From the NCBI GenBank assembly GCA_002315325.1, contig DCGU01000080.1:19684-83683 (forward strand): 64,000 nucleotides of DNA, given 5' to 3'. Positions 45,466 to 53,983 of the stretch are shown here, piece after piece. The stretch is from Clostridiales bacterium UBA1770 (GTDB taxonomy: Bacteria > Bacillota > Clostridia > Oscillospirales > CAG-272). Every line of letters starts with the position of its first letter. Positions within the stretch are counted from its first letter, which is position 1. Made by a program: the position numbers and the translations under genes. Under the pieces are notes generated by a model, which ran no database searches, was not told the DNA's origin, and saw only the letters and a program-made list of their open reading frames with translations.

Positions 45466-46821
45466 TCACGCTTCCGGCACGACAACGGCTGTTCCGTACA
45501 GGTCGTAATCCACGATTTCATCCACGTGGACTTGGACGAAAGTGCCGGGGGCAATGCGGTGTTTGGCACGGAAGAAAATCTTGCCGTCGATGTCGGGGGC
45601 ATCGGCTGCACTGCGGCCGAAATGCGCCTCACTCACGGGGTCGAAGTCCTCGCACAGGACGGTAATCGTTTTGCCGACCATGGCACGGTTCAGCTCTGCC
45701 GAGATGGCCATTTGTTCGCGCATCAATACGTCCATACGGTCCTGCTTTACCTGCTCGTCAATTTGGTCGGGCATGGCAGCGGCAGGCGTATCTTCTTCCT
45801 GCGAGTAGGTGAAGACGCCGACGCGTTCAAAGCGATTTTCCTTGACAAATGCGCACAGCTCGTTGAAGTCCTCGTCCGTTTCGCCGGGGAAACCCGTGAT
45901 AAACGTCGTACGAATCACGATGCCGGGAATCTCACGGCGCAATTTCTGTACGGTTTCACGGATCAATGCCGAGCCGCCGTGGCGGTTCATGCGTTTGAGC
46001 ACGCTGTCGCTGATGTGCTGCATCGGCAGGTCAATGTATTTCAAAATGCGGGGGTTGTCGCGGATTTCGGCAACCAATTCGTCGGTGATTTTGTCGGGGT
46101 AGCAGTAGAGCAGGCGAATCCACGGAATGGACGTTGCTTCGGTAATTTTGTGCAGCAGTTCCGCCAGTTTATAGGAACCGTACAAATCCTGCCCGTAACG
46201 GGTGATATCCTGCGCAACGATGGTCAATTCTTTTACACCCAGCGATTCCATATCCTTGGCTTCCGCCACGATATCTTCCATGGGGCGGGAACGGAATTTG
46301 CCGCGAATGCCGGGAATGGCACAATAGGTGCAGCGGTTGTCGCAGCCTTCGGCTATCTTGAGATAGGCGGCGTATTCGGGTGTGGTTAAAATGCGGTCGC
46401 CGCCCAGTTTGACGGTGTCGTTGGGATCGCAGGAAAAGAAACGCGCGCTCTTTTTCCCTTTTTTTGTCAGAACGGCATTGACTGCTTCCACGATGTGATG
46501 AATACTGCCGACACCTAATACGGCATCCACTTCGGGAATCTCTTTAAAGATTTCCTCGCGGTAGCGTTCCGACAGGCATCCCGTCACGATAATGCCGCGC
46601 AGCTTTTTATGTTTTTTTAACCACGCAATATCCAAGATATTGTCGATGGATTCTTTTTTTGCACTCTCGATAAAAGCGCAGGTGTTGATGATGATCACGT
46701 CTGCTTCGGTTTCATCCGGGGTGATTTGATAGCCGGCTTCCGCTACTTCATGCAGCATGACCTCGGTGTCCAGCTGATTTTTGGGACAACCGAGGGAAAC
46801 AAATCCCACTTTGAAGGCCAT
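45466..46821 (-). CDS. rimO: Ribosomal protein S12 methylthiotransferase RimO
   Basis: VGFVSLGCPKNQLDTE UPF0004 N-domain, radical-SAM motif CDNRCTYC, and a C-terminal TRAM domain. The rimO-pgsA synteny is present. Confidence 0.9.
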   Translation of the reverse strand: MAFKVGFVSLGCPKNQLDTEVMLHEVAEAGYQITPDETEADVIIINTCAFIESAKKESIDNILDIAWLKKHKKLRGIIVTGCLSERYREEIFKEIPEVDAVLGVGSIHHIVEAVNAVLTKKGKKSARFFSCDPNDTVKLGGDRILTTPEYAAYLKIAEGCDNRCTYCAIPGIRGKFRSRPMEDIVAEAKDMESLGVKELTIVAQDITRYGQDLYGSYKLAELLHKITEATSIPWIRLLYCYPDKITDELVAEIRDNPRILKYIDLPMQHISDSVLKRMNRHGGSALIRETVQKLRREIPGIVIRTTFITGFPGETDEDFNELCAFVKENRFERVGVFTYSQEEDTPAAAMPDQIDEQVKQDRMDVLMREQMAISAELNRAMVGKTITVLCEDFDPVSEAHFGRSAADAPDIDGKIFFRAKHRIAPGTFVQVHVDEIVDYDLYGTAVVVPEA

Positions 46822-46917
46822 ATAGGTATCCTCCGTACCACGATAATTGATTGATTTATTGTATCATAACTGCCTATAACTGTCAATAAAAACAGTCTTT
46901 CGGGGCGGGGAAAGCAC

Positions 46918-46946
46918 TTGCCAAATGCATACGCTTGTGTTATACT
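46918..46946 (+). promoter_or_regulatory. Sigma-70-type promoter of pfkA
   Basis: TTGCCA (46918-46923), a 17-nt spacer and TATACT (46941-46946). Confidence 0.6.
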
Positions 46947-46991
46947 ATATTTTGTATATTTATGCGAATTTTCGCACAGGAGATGGAATTC

Positions 46992-47972
46992 ATGACAGCA
47001 AAAAATGTGAAAACGATTGCCGTATTGACGTCCGGCGGCGATGCCCCCGGTATGAATGCCGCATTGCGCGCCGTTGTGCGCGCCGGTTTGGCGCAGGGCT
47101 ACCGCGTTTACGGTATTTTTAACGGATATACGGGTTTGATTAACGACGACATGGAAGAAATGGCGTCCATTTCCGTGTCGGATATTATCGGCCGCGGCGG
47201 TACGATTTTGCGCACCAGCCGCTGCCCCGAGTTTGCCAAAGCAGAGGGGCGTCAAAAAGCGTATGAGGTGCTGCAAAAACGCGGCATCGACGCACTGGTT
47301 GTCATCGGCGGTGACGGTTCCTTCCGCGGTGCCTGCGCACTGACTGCCGAGTACGGCGTCAATATTATCGGTATTCCCGGCACGATTGATAACGATATCG
47401 GCTGCACCGAGTACACCATCGGCTTTGATACCGCCATCAATACCGTGCGCGAATGCATGGATAAAATTAAAGATACGGCGTTCTCCCACGAACGCTGCAG
47501 CATCATCGAAGTCATGGGACGACATGCCGGCTATATTGCTTTGAACACTGCGATTGCCTGCGATGCCGAGGGCTGCATCGTTCCGGAAGTCAATCTTGAC
47601 GTTGACCGCGACGTGTTAGACCCGATTCGCAAATGGCGGGACCGCGGCAAGCGTCACTACCTGTTAGTCGTGGCAGAGGGGGCAACCGACAGCAATATGC
47701 TGGCGGAAGAAATCCGTTCCAAATTAGGCGTTAAGCCGACCGTTTCCGTTCTCGGGTATTTGCAGCGCGGCGGTTCTCCCACGGTCAAGGACCGTGTGAC
47801 GGCATCCGTGATGGGTGTGCGCGCCGTGGATTTGATTGCCGAAGGAAATGCGGGGCAGGTGCTTGCCGTACAGGGCGGAAAAATCGTTGCCATTCCGCTG
47901 CAGACCGCAGTTGAAATGAAAAAGACGTTGGATGAAGACGAATTGCGCACGGCGCAAATTTTGTCCTTATAA
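46992..47972 (+). CDS. pfkA: ATP-dependent 6-phosphofructokinase
   Basis: IAVLTSGGDAPGMNAA, VVIGGDGS, PGTIDND and MGRHAGY. The ATG at 46992 follows AGGAGA. Confidence 0.9.
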   Translation: MTAKNVKTIAVLTSGGDAPGMNAALRAVVRAGLAQGYRVYGIFNGYTGLINDDMEEMASISVSDIIGRGGTILRTSRCPEFAKAEGRQKAYEVLQKRGIDALVVIGGDGSFRGACALTAEYGVNIIGIPGTIDNDIGCTEYTIGFDTAINTVRECMDKIKDTAFSHERCSIIEVMGRHAGYIALNTAIACDAEGCIVPEVNLDVDRDVLDPIRKWRDRGKRHYLLVVAEGATDSNMLAEEIRSKLGVKPTVSVLGYLQRGGSPTVKDRVTASVMGVRAVDLIAEGNAGQVLAVQGGKIVAIPLQTAVEMKKTLDEDELRTAQILSL

Positions 47973-48001
47973 TAAACCACCGAACGAGGAGAACGAAAAC
48001 G

Positions 48002-48493
48002 ATGGATCAGCGCGTATCGAAAGAGAACTATTACCTTGACATTGCCGCCACGGTCGCCGAGCGCAGTACCTGTCTGCGCCGTAAATTCGGTGCCATTATC
48101 GTCAAAAACGACAGCATCATTTCCACCGGATATAACGGTGCCCCCCGCGGCCGTAAAAACTGTTCCGACCTGCAGTTTTGTATGCGGGAACATCTCAACA
48201 TCCCCCGCGGCGAGCGTTACGAGCTTTGCCGTTCTGTCCATGCAGAGGCAAACGCAATTATTGCCGCAGCCCGCGACCAAATGCTGGGTGCCACGCTGTA
48301 TATGGCCTGTCTCAATCCGCAGGACGGTTCGCTGTACCCCGGCACGTGCAGCTGTATGATGTGTAAAAAGCAAATCATTAACGCCGGTATTGAAAAAATC
48401 GTTGTGCGCGATACGCCCACGGATTTCCGCGTGGTCAACGTGTCCGAATGGATTGACGATGACGATTCTCTGTCCGGTAAATTTGGCTATTGA
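48002..48493 (+). CDS. comEB: dCMP deaminase (ComEB-type cytidine/deoxycytidylate deaminase)
   Basis: Zinc motifs HAEANAI and CSCMMCKK. Confidence 0.85.
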   Translation: MDQRVSKENYYLDIAATVAERSTCLRRKFGAIIVKNDSIISTGYNGAPRGRKNCSDLQFCMREHLNIPRGERYELCRSVHAEANAIIAAARDQMLGATLYMACLNPQDGSLYPGTCSCMMCKKQIINAGIEKIVVRDTPTDFRVVNVSEWIDDDDSLSGKFGY

Positions 48494-48510
48494 GGAAGTA
48501 TTTCGATACA

Positions 48511-49179
48511 ATGAAACGACTCTTTTCCCGCCGCTGCCCTATGATGCGCTTTGCGGCAATACTGCTTTTGCTTACGTCGGTGCTGCTGACCATGTCCGGA
48601 TGTGCGCACACCGTGACCGAAAAGGGCGGTGCCTACGTGGACGCCGCGACGGGTATTTCCTATACGTACGCCGGATTTGATTGGATGCCTATGGACGTGG
48701 GCGACCGCTATGCGACCATAAAAACGGGTTCGACGACGTACCCGCTGTATACCGTGAAGGAATTGTCCCCCGAAAAATGGCTTTGCACCGAGGACGGCGA
48801 CCTGTTCTACGCATCCGGTGTGACGATGCCGACGCTGGAAACGTTCGGCGCCGATGGCTTGCTGCTTTGCCGCCAAAAGTCCAAGGATACGCTTGTGTCC
48901 AACGTTGACGATGCGGAAACGGTTGCCGCCATCGTTGACCGTTTTTTGACGGGGCCGGCGATTTTTGAACCGGCTGCCGATCCCATCGACCGCTTGGAGT
49001 TGTATTTGACCTCGTCCGAGAATGCGGGTATCCGATACCATTTGATTTTGTTGTTTTATGAGGAGCCCGTTGCATTTACCGAAGACGGGTTTGACTACGT
49101 CACAAACGTGTTGATGTACAGCCGCGCCCTCAACCGCTACGTGGACGGCGGCGCGTTCTTTTCGACCTATGCCGCGTGA
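48511..49179 (+). CDS. Hypothetical lipoprotein
   Basis: Signal peptide with lipobox LLTMSGC. No family was recognised. It overlaps the rimI start by 11 nt. Confidence 0.6.
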   Translation: MKRLFSRRCPMMRFAAILLLLTSVLLTMSGCAHTVTEKGGAYVDAATGISYTYAGFDWMPMDVGDRYATIKTGSTTYPLYTVKELSPEKWLCTEDGDLFYASGVTMPTLETFGADGLLLCRQKSKDTLVSNVDDAETVAAIVDRFLTGPAIFEPAADPIDRLELYLTSSENAGIRYHLILLFYEEPVAFTEDGFDYVTNVLMYSRALNRYVDGGAFFSTYAA

Positions 49180-49624
49180 GACGATTGTGATTCGGGCGGC
49201 GCAGCAGACCGACCTGCCGCAGCTTGTCAGCGCGGAGCAGGTTTGTTTTTCCGACCCGTGGGAAGAGGCGGCATTTACCGCATTTCTCAGCGGCGGCGCT
49301 TTCGGCACGTACGTTGCCTGTGACGCGGCGGGAACCGTGTGCGGATATCTTTGCACCGTGTCCTGTCCGCCGGAGTATGAAATCGGCAATATTGCCGTAT
49401 TGCCGGCATTTCGCCGTGCCGGCGTCGGACAGGCGCTGCTGTCTTTTGCACTGGAAACGGCAAAAGGGCAGGGCGCGGAAGACGTCTATTTGGAAGTCAG
49501 AGCCTCCAACGTACCGGCGCAGGGACTGTATGAAAAGAACGGTTTTGTCCGTATCGGTATACGGCGCAACTATTATAAATCTCCTACGGAAGACGCCGTT
49601 TTGATGAAAAAGACGCTTGTTTGA
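49169..49624 (+). CDS. rimI: Ribosomal-protein-alanine N-acetyltransferase (GNAT)
   Basis: GNAT motif A IAVLPAFRRAGVGQALL. It lies immediately upstream of tsaD, the conserved rimI-tsaD pairing. Confidence 0.8.
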   Translation: MPRETIVIRAAQQTDLPQLVSAEQVCFSDPWEEAAFTAFLSGGAFGTYVACDAAGTVCGYLCTVSCPPEYEIGNIAVLPAFRRAGVGQALLSFALETAKGQGAEDVYLEVRASNVPAQGLYEKNGFVRIGIRRNYYKSPTEDAVLMKKTLV

Positions 49625-49693
49625 CGTATGACGCACCGGCAAAATCTGCCCGTCGTATGATTGTTTTGAATGTTAAGAAAAGAGAAAAACAGC

Positions 49694-50713
49694 ATGTTTA
49701 TCCTTGGTTTGGAAAGCTCCTGTGACGAAACGTCCGCAGCGGTTTTGGAAATGGACGAGGCGGCCGGCATTCGCCGTATTGCCTCCAACGTTGTGGCATC
49801 ACAAATCGATATTCACAGTTTGTACGGCGGTGTCGTGCCTGAAATTGCCAGCCGTGCGCATATTGAAGCCGTCAGTTCCATCACGTACCGTGCGCTGGAA
49901 GAGGCCGGTGTGACCATTGACGATATCGGTGCCGTTGCCGTGACAACGCATCCGGGGCTCATCGGCGCGCTGCTCGTCGGCGTCAATTTTGCCAAATCTC
50001 TTGCCTTTTCCCATCATATTCCCCTGGTTTCGGTCAATCACGTGCACGGTCACGTCAGTGCTGCACTGTTGTCGGACCCGATGCTGAAGCCGCCTTTTTT
50101 GGCGCTCGTGGTGTCTGGCGGACATACGTCGCTGTATGCCGTCGATGATTTTACGACCTATCGTACGCTCGGCAGTACGCGCGATGATGCGGCCGGTGAA
50201 GCGTTTGACAAAATCGCCCGCGTCATCGGTATGCCGTATCCGGGCGGTGCCGCTTTGGATAAGTTGGCGTATGAGGGCAATCCAAAGGCATTCGTTTTGC
50301 CGTCCCCGGCCTTTCCGGGTGCCGGTTTTGATTTTTCTTTCAGCGGCCTGAAGACGGCTGCACTCAATTTAATCAACAGTGCCTCCCAGCGCGGAGAAAC
50401 TATCAATCGTGCCGATTTGGCCGCCGCCTATACTGCCAAAATCGTGCGCGGTATTGCCGATAAAACGGCAGCGGCTTTGGCCGAAACGGGCGCCGAAACG
50501 TTGGTCATCGGCGGCGGTGTGGCCGCCAACTCGCATTTGCGCAGTGCCCTGCAAAAGGTGTGCGACGATGCCGGCGTTCGTTTTTCTCTCCCGCCGATTT
50601 CCCTGTGCGGGGATAATGCCGCCATGATTGCCGCCGCAGGCTATTACGAGTTTTTGGCAGGGGCAACGGCAGATACTTCGCTCAATGCTTACGCGACCGA
50701 TGACGTCGAATGA
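49694..50713 (+). CDS. tsaD: tRNA N6-adenosine threonylcarbamoyltransferase
   Basis: MFILGLESSCDETSAAV, NHVHGH, SGGHT and GGVAAN. Confidence 0.9.
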   Translation: MFILGLESSCDETSAAVLEMDEAAGIRRIASNVVASQIDIHSLYGGVVPEIASRAHIEAVSSITYRALEEAGVTIDDIGAVAVTTHPGLIGALLVGVNFAKSLAFSHHIPLVSVNHVHGHVSAALLSDPMLKPPFLALVVSGGHTSLYAVDDFTTYRTLGSTRDDAAGEAFDKIARVIGMPYPGGAALDKLAYEGNPKAFVLPSPAFPGAGFDFSFSGLKTAALNLINSASQRGETINRADLAAAYTAKIVRGIADKTAAALAETGAETLVIGGGVAANSHLRSALQKVCDDAGVRFSLPPISLCGDNAAMIAAAGYYEFLAGATADTSLNAYATDDVE

Positions 50714-50760
50714 CGTTCGGCTTTTGATGAATTCAGACGTTTGACAGAAATGGAGTCCTT

Positions 50761-51762
50761 ATGGAATTAATTTGGAATTACGGTCACAGTGCGGTGACGC
50801 TTCCCGGTGACGTGTGCCGGTGGGTCCCGACGGCCGACGAGGCCGCGCTGCGCGTCATTCTCGCCCTGACCGATCCGGCCGTGGCAGCGGCACCGGATAT
50901 TGTGTCCGCCCTTGTCGGCGCGGCGCGATTGAGTATCCCTGCCGTAAAAAACGCATTGGAGTTTTGGCAGAAAAAGGGTATTTTCACGCTTTCGGCAGCC
51001 ACCCAACCGGCGCAGAATACCCCCGAACAGACGATATCGGCTGTCCCTGCCGGTAAGATTGACGTTTCCATGCCGGAATACAGTTCCGAGGAAATCGGGA
51101 ACGTTTTGGAAAAGCGGGGTGAATTGTCCGATTTGGTGGACGTATGTAACCAACTGTGGGGCAAAATGCTCAACCGCCATGAAATCGGGAAAATCGTTAC
51201 ATTGGTGGACTACTACGGGATCAACTCTGACTATTTATCCGAGACGTTTTCCTATGCCGTCCAGGAAGACCGTAAATCTGTCGGCTTCGTGGAAAAATTG
51301 ATTGTGCAAATGATGGACGAGGGCGTTACCGAAACCGACGCATTGCGCGAACGGTTGACGAATATGCATCGCATCCACACGTTTGAAGGGGAAGTGCGCG
51401 CCCTGTTCGGCCTCAAGTCCCGCGCATTGTCCGCCAAAGAAAAGAAAATGGTGACGGCTTGGACCGACGAATATGGGTATGAAATGGACGTCGTAAAACG
51501 TGCGTATGACGTTACGGTGGACGCTATCGGTTCCCCGGCGCTCCCGTATGCCAACGCCGTACTGGACCGCTGGTTCCGTGCCGGTTTGAAAACGTTGGCC
51601 GAAGTAGAAAACGACGTCAAAACACACAGCGCACAGGGGAACGGCGCCGGTTCCACTTATGAAACCGACGACGCTTTTGCCGAAGCACTCAAACGCAGCT
51701 ACGGCGCAGAATATGACAAAATGGGGTTAAATATCGGCAAGGGTTCCGCCCCGCAATCGTAA
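50761..51762 (+). CDS. DnaD-domain replication initiation/helicase-loading protein (DnaB/DnaD-like)
   Basis: A C-terminal repeated DnaD/DnaB_2-type domain (...IGKIVTLVDYYGINSDYLSETFSYAV.. and ..MVTAWTDEYGYEMDVVKRAYDVTV..). It is paired with a DnaC/DnaI-like ATPase. Confidence 0.7.
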   Translation: MELIWNYGHSAVTLPGDVCRWVPTADEAALRVILALTDPAVAAAPDIVSALVGAARLSIPAVKNALEFWQKKGIFTLSAATQPAQNTPEQTISAVPAGKIDVSMPEYSSEEIGNVLEKRGELSDLVDVCNQLWGKMLNRHEIGKIVTLVDYYGINSDYLSETFSYAVQEDRKSVGFVEKLIVQMMDEGVTETDALRERLTNMHRIHTFEGEVRALFGLKSRALSAKEKKMVTAWTDEYGYEMDVVKRAYDVTVDAIGSPALPYANAVLDRWFRAGLKTLAEVENDVKTHSAQGNGAGSTYETDDAFAEALKRSYGAEYDKMGLNIGKGSAPQS

Positions 51763-51789
51763 CGTTTCGTGCCGTTAACGGAGGACTGT

Positions 51790-52767
51790 ATGGGTTATAA
51801 TAAAAGCAATTTTAAAATGATTCGCGAAAAATACGCGACTAAATATCGGCTGGCGCGGCAGTCGGCCGAAGAGAGAACCGCCGAGGTCGAGGCAGCCATT
51901 CCCGCTTTGTCTGACGTCAACCGCCAAATCGGTGCACTCGGTGCCTCTATGTTCAGCGTTGCCCTGAAAGAGGGCGCGTCCGGTATCGAAACCGTTAAGG
52001 AAAAAATGGAAGCGTTGCGGGCGCGCCGCAGGACGCTGCTGCTTGAGAACGGCTATCCGGAAGATTACTGCACTGTAAAATACGAATGTCCGCTTTGCGG
52101 CGATACGGGCTACGTTGACTGCAAGATGTGCGCGTGTATGAAACGCGATTTGGTGATGGCCGCGTATGAAACGTCGGGTTTGGGACGGCTTTTGTCGGAA
52201 CAAACGTTTGATAATTTTAATTTGGACTATTACAACGGCAATCCGCAGTATCGGCAGTGCATGCAAATCAACGCGGCGTATATGCAGCGCTATGCACAAA
52301 CGTTTTCGCTGCCGGACGGTGCCCCGGAAAGCTTGCTTTTGATGGGCGGAACGGGTTTGGGAAAAACGCACCTGTCAACGGCCGTTGCCCGTTGTGTCAT
52401 TGACAAAGGATATGACGTCCGCTACGTCACAGCCATCAATCTGCTCGCCGATTTTGAGGCGAAACGGTTTGGCTCCGCAGGCGCAGATGCCGACGACGCC
52501 ACGGCGGACTATCTGTCCTGTGATTTGTTAATTCTCGACGATCTCGGCACCGAGGTCGGCAATCAGTTTACGTTGTCCTGTATTTACAATTTGATTGATT
52601 CCCGCTTGAACAGCGGTTTGCCGACCGTCATCAGTACCAACTTGGGCCAGCAGGAACTGCGTTCACGCTATAATGACCGCGTGACCAGCCGTCTGCTCGG
52701 TGCGTTCCGTCTCTTGTTCTTCCGCGGGACAGACGTGCGCATTCAAAAACTCAGCGAAAAACAATAA
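51790..52767 (+). CDS. dnaI: Helicase loader ATPase, DnaC/DnaI family
   Basis: Zinc module CPLCGDTGYVDCKMCAC, Walker A GGTGLGKTHL and Walker B LLILDDLG. The ATG at 51790 follows GGAGGA. Confidence 0.8.
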   Translation: MGYNKSNFKMIREKYATKYRLARQSAEERTAEVEAAIPALSDVNRQIGALGASMFSVALKEGASGIETVKEKMEALRARRRTLLLENGYPEDYCTVKYECPLCGDTGYVDCKMCACMKRDLVMAAYETSGLGRLLSEQTFDNFNLDYYNGNPQYRQCMQINAAYMQRYAQTFSLPDGAPESLLLMGGTGLGKTHLSTAVARCVIDKGYDVRYVTAINLLADFEAKRFGSAGADADDATADYLSCDLLILDDLGTEVGNQFTLSCIYNLIDSRLNSGLPTVISTNLGQQELRSRYNDRVTSRLLGAFRLLFFRGTDVRIQKLSEKQ

Positions 52768-52784
52768 GAAACGAGGAAAAAACA

Positions 52785-53084
52785 ATGAAAAAATATTGTC
52801 TTGTCGTGACGTATCACGCTGCAGCTGCCGGCGGCCGTGAGGAATTTCTGGAAGAAGTTGCCGCCGAGGGCATCCGTGAAACGGTACTGGCCGAGGAGGG
52901 CTGCCTGAAATACGATTATTATCTTTCCGCGGACGACCCCTGTGAACTGGTTGTGCTGGAGGAATGGACCACTGTCGAAAATCAGCAAGCGCACGTTGCG
53001 CGTCCCCATATGGCGCGCTTGCGTGAAATTAAGAACAAATATATGACGTCCACCGTCCTGCAAACGTATTGGAACGAAGATTGA
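52785..53084 (+). CDS. Antibiotic-biosynthesis-monooxygenase (ABM) domain protein
   Basis: A 99-aa ferredoxin-like fold with the pattern ...CLKYDYY...VVLEEWTTVENQQAHVARPHM. Confidence 0.7.
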   Translation: MKKYCLVVTYHAAAAGGREEFLEEVAAEGIRETVLAEEGCLKYDYYLSADDPCELVVLEEWTTVENQQAHVARPHMARLREIKNKYMTSTVLQTYWNED

Positions 53085-53137
53085 CCGGCTGATTTCTCTT
53101 AAAACGAATAAATAATGCCGTCGGCATAGGGATTGAC

Positions 53138-53167
53138 TTGACAATCCGTTGCTGTTTATGCTATAAT
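53138..53167 (+). promoter_or_regulatory. Sigma-70-type promoter of tRNA-Gln
   Basis: TTGACA (53138-53143), an 18-nt spacer and TATAAT (53162-53167), about 15 nt before the tRNA 5' end. Confidence 0.6.
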
Positions 53168-53182
53168 ATGCGACGGCTATTT

Positions 53183-53257
53183 TGGGGTGTCGCCAAGTGG
53201 TAAGGCAAAGGACTTTGACTCCTTCACGCGTCGGTCCGAATCCGGCCACCCCAGCCA
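53183..53257 (+). tRNA. tRNA-Gln (anticodon UUG), CCA encoded
   Basis: Manual cloverleaf: acceptor UGGGGUG/CACCCCA, D-arm GCC-AAGUGGUAA-GGC, anticodon arm AAGGA-CUUUGAC-UCCUU, T-arm GUCGG-UCCGAAU-CCGGC, discriminator G plus CCA. It is near-identical in layout to E. coli tRNA-Gln. Confidence 0.9.
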
Positions 53258-53260
53258 AAT

Positions 53261-53293
53261 AAAAAGCGTCGGGCAACAGCCCGGCGCTTTTTA
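53261..53293 (+). terminator. Intrinsic terminator after tRNA-Gln
   Basis: AGCGUCGGGC-AACA-GCCCGGCGCU (10 bp, one G-U) followed by UUUUU. Confidence 0.7.
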
Positions 53294-53319
53294 TTTGGCT
53301 GGATTGCTTCGCAATGAAG

Positions 53320-53830
53320 GACCGCTCATTTGCCGCAACTGCGGCAAATGAACGTCCTGCGCTATGCCGGTAATCGTTTTCGCTGCATAATCGGCGCAGG
53401 ACTCGGTCCTGTAATCCGGCCATACCGAACGATTTCGCGTTATTTCATTGGGAGAATTGACCGCTCATTTGCCGCCTTGCGCGGCAAATGAACGTCCTGC
53501 ACGCAGCGAGAGAACCCATTGCACTGAATGAAATGTGCAGGACTAGGTCCTGTAATCCGGCGATACCGATTGTTTGCGCGTCATTTCATTGGGAGCGCTC
53601 CTGCGCTATCCCGGTAATCGTTTTCGCTGCATAATCGGCGCAGGACTCGGTCCTGTAATCCGGCAATACCAAACGATTACGCGTTATTTCATTGGGGGAA
53701 TTGACCGCTCATTTGCCGCCTTGCGCGGCAAATGAATGTCCTGCACGCAGCGAGAGAACCCATTGCACTGAATGAAATGTGCAGGACTAGGTCCTGTAAT
53801 CCGGCCGCCAAACCTGCCGCGCAGGTTTGG
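53320..53830 (+). repeat. Nested tandem array of hairpin modules (two ~244-bp units, each made of two related ~105-140-bp sub-modules)
   Basis: Hairpin A (TCATTTGCCGC/GCGGCAAATGA) occurs at 53326-53351, 53465-53491 and 53709-53735. The long hairpin GTCCTGCRC...GYGCAGGAC occurs four times (53354-53402, 53494-53543, 53598-53646, 53738-53787). Each is followed by NNN-GTCCTG-TAATCCGG. Three of the four sub-modules carry tails ending ATTTCATTGGGRG. There is no SD-led ORF. Confidence 0.85.
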
Positions 53831-53983
53831 AATGAAGAAATGAAGAAATGAAGAAATGAAGACGCTTCGCTAATGCAGAGAAAACAGAGGAGAGAAGGGC
53901 GACTTCGCTTCATTAGGACGCAGTCCGTCTTCATTCGGTGCAAAGCACCATCTTCATTAGCGAGCACTGCGAGCGTCTTCATT
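53831..53983 (+). repeat. Four tandem AATGAAGA octamers followed by four spaced inverted copies (YCTTCATT) separated by small hairpins
   Basis: Octamers at 53831-53862. Complements at 53907-53914, 53928-53935, 53951-53958 and 53976-53983. Intervening hairpins are GGAC-GCA-GUCC and GGUGC-AAA-GCACC. Confidence 0.85.

Noticed and set aside
53394-53420. SRP RNA (Alu-domain-like CCUGUAAUCC motif)
   Set aside because: The UGUAAU-containing string resembles the SRP Alu-domain motif. However, the universally conserved domain IV (GGAAGCAGCC-type) helix 8 motif is absent, and the sequence occurs four times.
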